64,000 bases of DNA, taken from the NCBI GenBank assembly GCA_012295275.1, contig CM022666.1, positions 1,550,001-1,614,000 on the forward strand, given 5' to 3'. Both the position numbers and the translations under genes were made by a program. The first letter of the stretch is position 1, and every line of letters begins with the position of its first letter. Below are positions 1 through 11,086 of this stretch, piece after piece. The stretch is from Chrysomallon squamiferum. Its lineage: Eukaryota; Animalia; Mollusca. The notes under the pieces were generated by a model, which was not told the DNA's origin, made no database searches, and was given only the letters and a program-made list of their open reading frames with translations.

Positions 1-268
1 AAACTAAAACATATCTGATTCTTTAGCTTTGATCAGAATGCTTGTGTTATATAATACGTTGATGAAAAAAAACAATGTCCATACAATTATAAAATAAATC
101 ACTTTAGTTTCGTCTTAGAGAAGGTAAAAATAACTTAAAGGCTAATAATTTAAATATTAAACATAACATATTTAAGAATTTAGTGGATTTTATTATTTCT
201 TTTGTTTTGTTTTTTGATTAGACTTCAGTAACAAAGACTAAAACAAGGAATTGTTACGTTTCCAAGGT

Positions 269-290
269 CACCTGTATTATCACCTGTATT
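269..290. promoter_or_regulatory. Upstream 12-bp repeat (tcacctgtatta) x2 containing E-box CACCTG and GATA (TTATCA) motifs
   Basis: tcacctgtattatcacctgtattg. Present in all type A upstream regions and expanded to 6 copies at 37329-37400. Function inferred from motif match only. Confidence 0.4.
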
Positions 291-621
291 GTACAGACAT
301 CAATAATACGTCTGTACCATAGCTAAATGACCAGCCCGTGTAAATACACGTGATAAATTAATAACATTTTCGACTCGTTTCCACGGTAACCTGTACCGGC
401 ATGAGGTAAAATATTAGATATGTAATTGTGCCGCAATTGGTCTGGATTCCGCAATTAGAAAATGACTGAAGTTGATCTCCATGGATACACAAGCACAAAG
501 CACGTTGTGAATGACCAACTTGACTTTTTTATTATTATTATTTCATTTTTTTTAAATGTTTTTTTATTTTTATTTATTTTACTCACATACTACAATATTG
601 AAATTACACACTACAAATACA

Positions 622-681
622 AGTAGCACAGCAGCAGCAACACCAGTAGTCGTAGTAGTAGTAGTAGCAGTAGTAGTAGTA

Positions 682-715
<34 letters not shown>

Positions 716-735
716 GAAGAAGAAGAAGAAGAAGG
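622..735. repeat. Compound microsatellite (AGC)n-(AGT)n-(AAT)n-(AAG)n directly upstream of the proximal promoter
   Basis: Visible directly. The same ordered compound tract, with variable lengths, precedes nearly every unit core. Confidence 0.95.
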
Positions 736-856
736 GGAAGATAAATCTTTTTTGTTGTTTTCTTGCAACGTGACCCAGACAGCTGTCTGGTTGAGTCTTT
801 CAAACGAGTCAGATTCACGTTTTCCCAATACGCTGTCCAGATGTTCGCGAAGTGTC

Positions 857-893
857 TATAAATACAGACCACAGACACTGAGAGACTTCATTC
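857..893 (+). promoter_or_regulatory. Pol II core promoter: TATAAATA (857-864) and initiator TCATTC (888-893, predicted +1 at 890)
   Basis: TATA lies 33 nt upstream of an exact TCAKTY match. TATA-to-ATG distance is 141 nt in every copy checked (857/998, 3885/4026, 6980/7121, 19163/19304, 39710/39569, 46877/46736, 51792/51933, 54338/54479). Confidence 0.65.
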
Positions 894-997
894 CTTGCAG
901 AGCTCTTCCACTTGCTGTAACAAACATTTTGCTTTCACAACACTTTGCTTATTCACGAAAATCTTTGCACTTGAAGATATCAGCTCATACTGTAATA

Positions 998-1186
998 ATG
1001 TCTATCGTGTTTCCATCAGCAGTGACTCTTTGTCACTACAACACACAAGACAACGACGACGTCTTCACTATGGACGTGGAGATGCCTCAAAGCAGCAGAG
1101 GATTGTATCTTTTGGAACACTCTGTCGCTGACAGGGAAATGTTCCCAGTATCGGGGATTCGGGAGGAAGACTCATACAGAAAATGA
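998..1186 (+). CDS. Putative 62-aa acidic micropeptide, copy 1 (MSIVFPSAVTLCHYNTQDNDDVFTMDVEMPQSSRGLYLLEHSVADREMFPVSGIREEDSYRK); family unknown
   Basis: First ATG after the TATA/Inr, with A at -3 (ataATG). The frame is intact in 9 diverged copies. No recognisable domain. Confidence 0.55.
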   Translation: MSIVFPSAVTLCHYNTQDNDDVFTMDVEMPQSSRGLYLLEHSVADREMFPVSGIREEDSYRK

Positions 1187-1237
1187 AATTCTTCTTCTCA
1201 ACAGGCTCTCTGATCAAAACAAAAGAGATGATTATCT

Positions 1238-1320
1238 GTGCAGAACATTATCTGTCCAACTACAGAACATTATCGGTTCAACTACAGAACATGGAAATAG
1301 CATGATCTGTTCAACTACAA
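1238..1320 (+). repeat. 22-bp minisatellite (ctacagaacattatctgttcaa) downstream of the ORF
   Basis: Tandem units seen directly; copy number differs between gene copies. Confidence 0.9.
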
Positions 1321-1596
1321 AGTTAATCGTACTAGAACATCGAAGAAAACTAAATGTATGATCTCCCCAACTGATTTCGGACTGATTTTCAGTCATGGGA
1401 CTGAGTGAACTCCACACTGAAGATCTCCACCAGTCTTGTAACCAGAATTCCATCTTGCTCATGGACCGAAATAAACAATACTGAAACCAAAACCATTTAT
1501 ATATTAACATGGACACGGAACGTTGAAAACTGACATTGATAAATGTGAAGAAAAGAAATACTGTTGTAAATGTATTCTTTTAAACCAATTAGTATG

Positions 1597-1602
1597 AATA
1601 AA
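1597..1602 (+). terminator. Candidate polyadenylation signal AATAAA followed by a T-rich tract
   Basis: The aataaattaat context is conserved across units and followed by cttcttctttgtttttatt. An alternative AATAAA lies at 1470-1475. The AT-rich background weakens the call. Confidence 0.35.
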
Positions 1603-1733
1603 TTAATATTAATCTGATATACTTCTTCTTTGTTTTTATTTAAGCTTACGATTTTACTGGAATTATTTATCAACTTAAGACAATTGTGTTTGCGTTTTGC
1701 CTTTCGCTCTCATTTTATCATTCTCTCTTTCTA

Positions 1734-1763
1734 TCTTTGTGTTGTACTGAGAAAAAGTAACTG
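1734..1763. repeat. Downstream arm of an intra-unit inverted repeat, antisense to ORF nt 1020-1050
   Basis: tctttgtgttgtactgagaaaaagtaactg versus the reverse complement of cagtgactctttgtcactacaacacacaaga. Confidence 0.85.
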
Positions 1764-3670
1764 AAAACTTGAGTTTGATCGTTTGATAGACTAAAAATAC
1801 GATTACGTTGGAACATAGTAATTACAATTTATAATTTTAATAATTTTTATATACTTAATAAATTACTTAATACAAATATGTTTGAAAAATCGTTATATGC
1901 GACTGACATTTAAAATTTTATTATTCTGAACTGTTAAACTCCAGAAAGTAATATACGTTTAGGACGCTGAGTCTGTTTCATATTCCAACTAGTACTCCCC
2001 AACTAGTTTTCCGATGTTTTATATTTGTGTACGTATTTTCTGATCTGTATTTTTATATTTTTCTTATCTGAGTTTTTGTTTTTGAAATATTTGTATTAAG
2101 CAGATGAAGATACAAAAGTAAAGTTGTCTAAAAACAGAAATGTTAAACACGCCGACGTATGTTAGAGTGTAATGTGTTTATAACTGAAAATAATATGAGA
2201 GAAATGGAGATTGTTTTTTGTTTTTTTTTTGGTAAAAGGGATACATTGATAGAGTGGAATAAAAATATTAAATTTTGACTGGTGAAGTATTTCGTATAAG
2301 TATTGTAATGTGATTTTATTTTTAGTAAAAAAAAAATAAAACATAGACTTGTTGTTTTTTTAAAAGTTATCAGATCACAGAAATATCATTGGAAGAAAAA
2401 AGTAGAAAAAAAAAAAAAAAAAAAATAAATAAAAAATAAAAAATACTGAAATTTAATTCTGTACTAAACAGTAAAATAAATTATCCCCACACCAGAAATT
2501 AATTAATGTTTTGAAATGTTTTCCTAAGCTGTGAAGCTGTGATCATTTCTTCTTCTTCGTCTTCATTTGATAATTAAATAATACTGTAATGAATAAATAA
2601 GCATAGATCTGTGACCAACAATTGACAAGGTATGCTTGTATGTATGTATATGTGTATGTGTGCATGTGTGTATGTGTGTTTGTATGTATGAACGTGTGTA
2701 TTTATTTACGAATAAATAAATAAATAAAATAATAAATGAGTTTGTCAATATCAACGACATATTAAGGTTGAATCATCTGTATTATTCGTTAAAAGTATCA
2801 GTAACATTACTAACCAAACAATTAGTTAAATGTGTCTACATCGGTTTAAATGTAAAGTGTTGTAAACTCAGAGTATTTCATTAATATGTTGAAATGGAGG
2901 TGTAGACAGAAAAACCGCATTATAAAATACTAAACAGCTGTGATCTATTTGAAATGATAAAATTGTCTAAAATTTCAGAGTGAAACTCTGAAGAAACTAA
3001 AACATATCTGATTCTTTAGCTTTGATCAGAATGCTTGTGTTATATAATACGTTCATGAAAAAAAACAATGTCCATACAATTATAAAATAAATCACTTTAG
3101 TTTCGTCTTAGAGAAGGTAAAAATAACTTAAAGGCTAATAATTTAAATATTAAACATAACATATTTAAGAATTTAGTGGATTTTATTATTTGTTTTGTTT
3201 TGTTTTTTGATTAGACTTCAGTAACAAAGACTAAAACAAGGAATTGTTACGTTTCCAAGGTCACCTGTATTATCACCTGTATTGTACAGACATCAATAAT
3301 ACGTCTGTACCATAGCTAAATGACCAGCCCGTGTAAATACACGTGATAAATTAATAACATTTTCGACTCGTTTCCACGGTAACCTGTACCGGCATGAGGT
3401 AAAATATTAGATATGTAATTGTGCCGCAATTGGTCTGGATTCCGCAATTAGAAAATGACTGAAGTTGATCTCCATGGATACACAAGCACAAAGCACGTTG
3501 TGAATGACCAACTTGATTATTATTTTTTTTATTATTATTATTTCATTTTTTTTAAATTTTTTTATTTTTATTTATTTTACTCACATACTACAATATTGAA
3601 ATTTACACACTACAAATACTAGTACTATATTACACAGCACAAAGCAGCAGCAGCAGCAACACCAGTAGTC

Positions 3671-3707
<37 letters not shown>

Positions 3708-4025
3708 ATAATAATAATAATAATAATAATATTAATAATAATAAGAAGAAGAAGCAGAAGAAGGGGAAGATAAATCTTTTTGTTGTTTTCTTGCAACGTG
3801 ACCCAGCCAGCTGTCTGGTTGAGTCTTTCAAACGAGTCAGATTCACGTTTTCCCAATACGCTGTCCAGATGTTCGCGAAGTGTCTATAAATACAGACCAC
3901 AGACACTGAGAGACTTCATTCCTTGCAGAGCTCTTCCACTTGCTGTAACAAACATTTTGCTTTCACAACACTTTGCTTATTCACGAAAATCTTTGCACTT
4001 GAAGATATCAGCTGATACTGTAATA

Positions 4026-4214
4026 ATGTCTATCGTGTTTCCATCAGCAGTGACTCTTTGTCACTACAACACACAAGACAACGACGACGTCTTCACTATG
4101 GACGTGGAGATGCCTCAAAGCAGCAGAGGATTGTATCTTTTGGAACACTCTGTCGCTGACAGGGAAATGTTCCCAGTATCGGGGATTCGGGAGGAAGACT
4201 CATACAGAAAATGA
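4026..4214 (+). CDS. Putative 62-aa micropeptide, copy 2 (protein identical to copy 1)
   Basis: ATG at 4026, TATA at 3885, same translation as 998-1186. Confidence 0.55.
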   Translation: MSIVFPSAVTLCHYNTQDNDDVFTMDVEMPQSSRGLYLLEHSVADREMFPVSGIREEDSYRK

Positions 4215-6497
4215 AATTCTTCTTCTCAACAGGCTCTCTGATCAAAAGAGATGATACAGAACATTATCTGTCCAACTACAGAACATTATCGGTTCAACTA
4301 CAGAACATGGAAATAGCATGATCTCGTAAAGTTAATCGTACTACATCGAAGAAAACTAAATGTACCCCAACTGATTTCGGACACTTCAGTCATGGGACTG
4401 AGTGAACTCCACACTGAAGATCTCCACCAGTCTTGTAACCAGAATTCCATCTTGCTCATGGACCGAAATAAACAATACTGAAACCAAAACCATTTATATA
4501 TTAACATGGACACGGAACGTTGAAAACTGACATTGATAAATGTGAAGAAAAGAAATACTGTTGTAAATGTATTCTTTTAAACCAATTAGTATGAATAAAT
4601 TAATATTAATCTGATATACTTCTTCTTTGTTTTTATTTAAGCTTACGATTTTACTGGAATTATTTATCAACTTAAGACAATTGTGTTTGCGTTTTGCCTT
4701 TCGCTCTCATTTTATCATTCTCTCTTTCTATCTTTGTGTTGTACTGACAAAAAGTAACTGAAAACTTGAGTTAGATCGTTTGATAGACTAAAAATACGAT
4801 TACGTTGGAACATAGTAATTACAATTTATAATTTAAATAATTTTTATATACTTAAGAAATTACTTAATACAAATATATTGATAAAAATATCTTTATATGC
4901 GACTGACATTTAAAATTTTATTATTCTGAACTGTTAAACTCGAGAAAATAATATACGTTTAGGACGCTGAGTCTGTTTCATATTCCAACTAGTACTCCCC
5001 AACTAGTTTTCCGATATTACATATTTCTTATTTGAGTTTTTATTTTTGAAATATTTGTATTAAGCAGATGAAGATACAAAAGTAAAGTTGTCTAAAAACA
5101 GAAATGTTAAACACGCCGACGTATGTTAGAGTGTAATGTGTTTATAACTGAAAATAATATGAGAGAAATGGAGATTGTATTTTGTTTTTTTTTTGGTAAA
5201 AGGGATACATTGATAGAGTGGAATAAAAATATTAAATTTTGACTGGTGAAGTATTTCGTATAAGTATTGTAATGTGATTTTATTTTTAGTAAAAAAAAAT
5301 AAAACGTAGACTTTGTTGTTTTTTTAAAAGTTATCAGCTCACAGAAATATCATTCGAAGAAAGTAGAATACAAAAAAAAAAAAAAAAAAAAAAAAAATAA
5401 AAAATAAAAAATACTGAAATTTAATTCCGTACTAAAGAGTAAAATAAATTACCCCCCCCACCAGAAATTAATTAATGTTTTGAAATGTTTTCCTAAGCTG
5501 TGAAGCTGTGATCATTTCTTCTTCTTCGTCTTCATTTGATAATTAAATAATACTGTAATGAATAAATAAGCATAGATCTGTGACCAACAATTGACAAGGT
5601 ATGCTTGTATGTATGTATATGTGTATGTGTGCATGTGTGTATGTGTGTTTGTATGTATGAACGTGTGTATTTATTTACGAATAAATAAATAAATAAAAGA
5701 ATAAATGAGTTTGTCAATATCAACGACATATTAAGGTTGAATCATCTGTATTTATCGTTAAAAGTATCAGTAACATTACTAACCAAACAATTAGCTAAAT
5801 GTGTCTACATCGGTTTAAATGTAAAGTGTTGTAAACTCAGAGTATTTCATTAATATGTTGAAATGGAGGTGTAGACAGAAAAACCGGATTATAAAATACT
5901 AAACATCTGTGATCTATTTGAAATGATAAAGTTGTCTAAAATTTCAGAGTGAAACTCTGAGGAAACTAAAACATATCTGATTCTTAAGCTTTGATCAGAA
6001 AGCTTGTAATATATAATACTTTCATGGAAAAAATAACGTCCATAGAGTTATAAAATAAATCACTTTAGTTTCGTCTTAGAGAAGGTAAAAATATCTTAAA
6101 GGCTATTAATTTAAATATTAAACATAACATATTTACGAATTTAGTGTATTTTATTATCTTTTTTTTTTTTTTTTTTTTTGATTAGACTTCAGTAACAAAG
6201 ACTAAAACAAGGAACTGTAACGTTTCCAAGGTCACCTGTATTATCACCTGTATTGTACAGACATCATTAATACGTCTGTACCATAGCTCAATGACCAGCC
6301 CGTGTAAATGCACGTGATAAATTAATAACATTTTTGAAACGTTTCCACGGTAACCTGTATCGTCTTGAGGTAAGATATGACGTATGTAATTATTCGGCTC
6401 AAGGTCTGGATTCCGCAGTTGGAAAATGACTAAAGTTGATCTCCATGGATACATAAACTCAAAGCACATTGTGAATGACCAACATGACTTTTTTATT

Positions 6498-6636
<139 letters not shown>

Positions 6637-6769
6637 TTTTTAAATGTTTTTTTACTTTTATTTATTTTACTCCCATACTACAGTACTGATATTACACACC
6701 ACAAATACTAGTAGCACAGCAGCAGCAACACCAGTAGTCGTAGTAGTAGTAGTAGCAGTAGTAGTAGTA

Positions 6770-6840
<71 letters not shown>

Positions 6841-7120
6841 CAGAAGAAGAAGAAGACGAAGACGAAATCTTTTTCTGTTTTTTTCTTGCAACGTGACCCA
6901 GGCACCTGTCTGGTTCAGTCTTTTCAACGAATGAAACTCACGTTTTCCCATCACGCTGTCCGGATGTCCGTAACATGTCTATAAATACAGACCACAGACA
7001 CTGAGAGACTTCATTCCTTGCAGAGCTCTTCCACTTGGTGTAACAAACATTTTGCTTTCACAACACTTTGCTTGTTCACGAAAACCTTTCCACTTGAATA
7101 TATCAGCTGATACTGTAATA

Positions 7121-7309
7121 ATGTCTGTCGTGCTTCCATCAGCAGTGACTCTTTGTCTGTACAACATCCACGACAACGACGATGTCTTCACTATGGACGT
7201 GGACATGCCTCAAAGCGGCAGAGGATTGTATATTTTGGAACACTCTGTCGCTGACAGGGAAATATTCCCAGTATCGGGGATTCAGGAGGAAGACTCATCC
7301 AGAAAATGA
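7121..7309 (+). CDS. Putative 62-aa micropeptide, variant A' (MSVVLPSAVTLCLYNIHDNDDVFTMDVDMPQSGRGLYILEHSVADREIFPVSGIQEEDSSRK)
   Basis: ATG at 7121, TATA at 6980. Hand count: 11 amino-acid differences from copy 1, no indels. Confidence 0.55.
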   Translation: MSVVLPSAVTLCLYNIHDNDDVFTMDVDMPQSGRGLYILEHSVADREIFPVSGIQEEDSSRK

Positions 7310-7346
7310 AATTCTTCTCAGCAGGCTCTCTGATCAAAAGAGATGA

Positions 7347-7468
7347 TACAGAACATTATCTGTTCAACTACTGAATATTATCTGTTCAACTACAGAACAT
7401 TATCGGTTCAACTACAGAACATTATCTGTTCAACTACAGAACATTATCGGTTCAACTACAGAACATGG
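7347..7468 (+). repeat. 22-bp minisatellite, ~5.5 copies
   Basis: (tacagaacattatc[t/g]gttcaac)n seen directly; same at ~19532-19652. Confidence 0.92.
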
Positions 7469-9584
7469 AAATAGCATGATCTCGTAAATTAAATTCTACT
7501 ACATTGAAGAAAAAGAAATTTACATCAACTGCTTTCGGACACTTCAGACATCGGACTGAGTGAACTCCACCCTGAAGATATCCACCAATTTCGAACCAGA
7601 ATTCCATCTTCCTCATAGACCGAAATAAACAATACTGAAACCAAAACCATTTATATATTAACATGGACACGGAACGTTGAAAACTGACATTGATAAATGT
7701 GAAGAAAAGAAATACTGTTATAAATGTATTCTTTTGAAACAATTTGTATTAATAAATTAATATTAATCTCATATACTTGTTTGTTTTTATATACGGTTAT
7801 AATTTAACTAGCATTATTTATCAACTTAAGAAAATTGTTTGCCTTTCGCTCTCATTTTATAACTCTCTCTTTCTATCTTATGTGTTGTACTGACAAAAAG
7901 TAACTGAAAACTTCAGTTAGACCGTTTGATAGACTGAAAATACAATTATGTTGGAACATGGTAATTACAATTTATAAGTTAATAATTTTTATATACTTAA
8001 TAAATTACTTAATACAAATATATTTTTAAAAGTATCTTTATATGCCACTGACATTTAGAACTTTATTTTTCTGAACTGTTAAACTCCAGAAACTAATATA
8101 TGTTAGGACATGTTTGTTCTTCGCAATGAACGAACGTATAAAAACAAAAACTACTTTTTTCGATATTAATGATTATTAAATAAAAGTGATGCGTGATTTT
8201 TTTGTAAACCTGAAAGAGAGAAAACAAAAACTTCCCTCAGATGGGTTATGGTTAACAGTTAGCGTCGTCTGAAATATACGACAACCTTCCTTGCTGTTTA
8301 TTTCGAAGAAATAGCTGAAAAGAAGATGGGATCAATGTAGTCTTATAAATTATTAAAAATATAAATATAACAACAAATGTAACACGGGTCAATGCAAGAA
8401 AAGAATATTTCAGAAACTTAAAGAAATTCTCTTATGCATATACATTTTCAGATTTATTTATATGGATGTTTAACACGTGTGTGTATTTTGGAATGCATAT
8501 TCTCTGCACATAGATAAACACTCGGAACGCAGACGTCACAGTATTACAAAGTCCTGTCACCATCTGGCAACGTCTGCAGAATACAAAAATAACTTAAACG
8601 TTATTAATTTAAATATTAAATGAACGCACGTAAAATATCTTCAAATTTAGTGGATTCTTTCTTTCGATGAGACTTCAGTAACAAAGACTAAAACAAGGTA
8701 AACCTCTTTAGATGATGAATATAGACAATCTGGAGGAACGCACTGGCACAGTAGTACGAAATCCAGAAACGTCATCACAAATGTCAACTACCCTTATTCC
8801 TCAGGATATCGCAGTTGGAAAACGAGTCCAATTCATCTCTTGACATATATAAACACAAACACGCTCTGACGAATGTGACTTGGTAATTTATTTATTTATT
8901 TTATTTATAGTTTTATTTTATTTATTTATTTTTCATATTACTCTAGTACTGATATTATACAATACAAATAGCAGCAGCAGCAGTAGTAGTAGTAAAAGCA
9001 GTGATAATATCAGTAGCACTAGTAAGTGAAGTTACAGTACTAATAATATGTTATAATAGAAGTTCTACTATTAAGTAGAAAAAGCAGCATCAGCTGCCAA
9101 TAGCAGTCGTAGTAGTAGTAGTAGTAGTAACAGTAGTAACAATGATAAGAATAATATTAAGAAGAAGAAGAAGAAGAAGAGGAAGACGAACTCATTTTTG
9201 TTGTTTTCTTGCAACGTGACCCAGACAGGTCTCTGGTTCAGTCTTTCAAACGAGTCAGACTCACGTTTCCACTTTGAAGCTCTTCACCAGTTTTGTAACC
9301 ACATTCCATCTCGCTCATGGACCAAAATAAACATCACTGAAATCAGAAACGTTTACATATTAACATGGAAACGAAACGTTCAAAACTGACATTGAAAAAC
9401 GTGAAGAAAAAAATAAAATACTGTTGTATCTGTATTCTTTTAAACAATTAATATTAATAAATAAATTTTAATCTCATATACTTCTTCTTTATTTTTAATA
9501 TGCTTACGATCTAACTAGAATTATTTCTGAACTTTACGAAATTGTGTTTGCCTTTCGCTCTCATTTTATCGTTTTCTCTTTCTA

Positions 9585-9615
9585 TCTTGTGTGTTGTACT
9601 GACAAAGAGTAACTG
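9585..9615. other. 31-nt element antisense to ORF codons ~8-18, retained in an ORF-less B unit
   Basis: tcttgtgtgttgtactgacaaagagtaactg matches the ORF antisense strand tcttgtgtgttgtactgacaaagagtcactg (e.g. 33020-33050, 46684-46714) at 30/31. Confidence 0.88.
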
Positions 9616-9987
9616 AAAACTTGAGTTTGATCGTTTGATAGACTGAAAATACGATTATGTTGGAGCACAGTAATTACAATTTATAATTTAATAATTTTTA
9701 TATACCTAACAAACTACTTAACACAAATAATTTTGAAAAATCGTTATATGCGATTGGCATTTAAAATTTTATTATTCCGAACTTTTAAACTCTAAATGCT
9801 AATATATGATTAGGCCATAGTTTACTTGTGTGTACTTTGCAGTAAACGAGGGTAAAAAAAACACCCCCAAAACAGATTTTAATATTAATGATTATTAAAT
9901 AAAAGTGATGGGTGTTTTTCTGCAAATCTGATACAAAAGAAAAAACAAAAACTTCCCTCAGATGGGTTATGGTTAACAGTTAGCGTC

Positions 9988-10197
9988 GTCTGAAATACAC
10001 GAAAACCTTCCCTGCGGTAGGAAAATACATACATAACTATTATGTTCAAGTTCTTTGTCCTTAAGAGGCTAATTAACACATTATTCATTACAGTCTGAAC
10101 TACACGAATACCTTCCCTGACGTAGGAAAATACATACATACGTATTATGTTCAAGTTCTTTGTCCGTAAGAGACTAATTAACACATTTTTCATTACA
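9988..10197. repeat. ~105-bp tandem duplication inside the B spacer
   Basis: gtctgaaatacacga...ttcattaca occurs twice here and in most B units, but once at ~22173-22278. Confidence 0.9.
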
Positions 10198-11042
10198 ATT
10201 ACAATTTTAATAATGACATGTCGAGAACACCATTGTCCTTGATTTAGGTAGACGATACACATTACAATTTAAATTCTTTGAATAAGACAGCAATAAAAGT
10301 CAAATATTTGCGATCTCCTATTTCTACATACAGTTTTTTTTTCACAGCCACAAATCCTCCATTTCACCAAGATGACAAGACTTTGCACTGAATCTCATCA
10401 AAAATGATTTAAGATGACTGATTGCATAAACCTTCACTTTAGTAATTTTAATAAACTTAATAAATTATTTAAGGAAATGTTAATAATTATGTTATCGACA
10501 TTTAAAATTTCATTATGTTGTTTCTTATACTGCTAAAACTAACAAATGGTGTAGGAAATTATTATTATTTTATATGTCTTCTTCTTTATTAAGGTGCGCA
10601 CAAAAGCCTTCAATGACTTAAATGTTAAAGATTATAAAGTAAAACTCGAACGTTTTCTTGTTAAAAATCTGATACGAGAGAGAAAACAAGCTTCCACCAA
10701 ATGGGTTATTCTTGACGGTTAGCATTGGGTTATGTTTCGTGTGTAACATACCCTGAGGTAAGAAAAAAACCATACATAAATATTATCTGTTTCGTAAACT
10801 AGAAACCGGACAACAGAACCCTTTTTACGAGAATGATGACGACAACAGTTTTCAAGGCAACGATGACGACACTTTTCACAATAACACAGTTTTGTAGCGT
10901 TGTTCAGAATCAAAAAAATAAAAAAAAATAATAATAAATTTGAAAATAACTAAAAGCTGTATCTGCACACTGGTGTAAAGGAACTCTGGTATTTCGTATA
11001 AAAAAAATATTTTTTATCGTGGGGTATATTAACTCTTAAATA

Positions 11043-11086
<44 letters not shown>

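Noticed and set aside
886-900. cttcattccttgcag as a splice acceptor
   Set aside because: YAG is kept in most copies, but it lies 10 nt after the predicted start site and no upstream exon or donor was found. Not fully excluded without RNA data.
752-997. 144-aa N-terminally extended ORF (752..1186, 3780..4214)
   Set aside because: It starts at TTG, runs through the TATA box, and is interrupted by stops in other copies (e.g. upstream of 7121, 46736, 51933).
895-1131. Alternative frame QSSSTCCNKH...
   Set aside because: Non-ATG start, and a TGA interrupts it in copies with cagctgatac (e.g. 4026, 7121).
1020-1763. The 31-nt inverted repeat as terminal repeats of a Tc1/hAT-type MITE
   Set aside because: It begins CAGT but has no TA or 8-bp target-site duplication, no transposase, and the left arm sits inside an otherwise continuous ORF.
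6979-7206. Antisense ORF MSTSIVKT...
   Set aside because: Broken by stops in other copies (e.g. copy 1), so it is not conserved.
7347-7468. 22-bp repeats as a CRISPR array
   Set aside because: Units are contiguous with no unique spacers, there are no cas genes, and the context is eukaryotic.
9198-9389. B-unit ORF LFSCNVTQ...RNVQN
   Set aside because: No ATG in most copies; it is a chance fusion of promoter and 3' sequence across the deletion.
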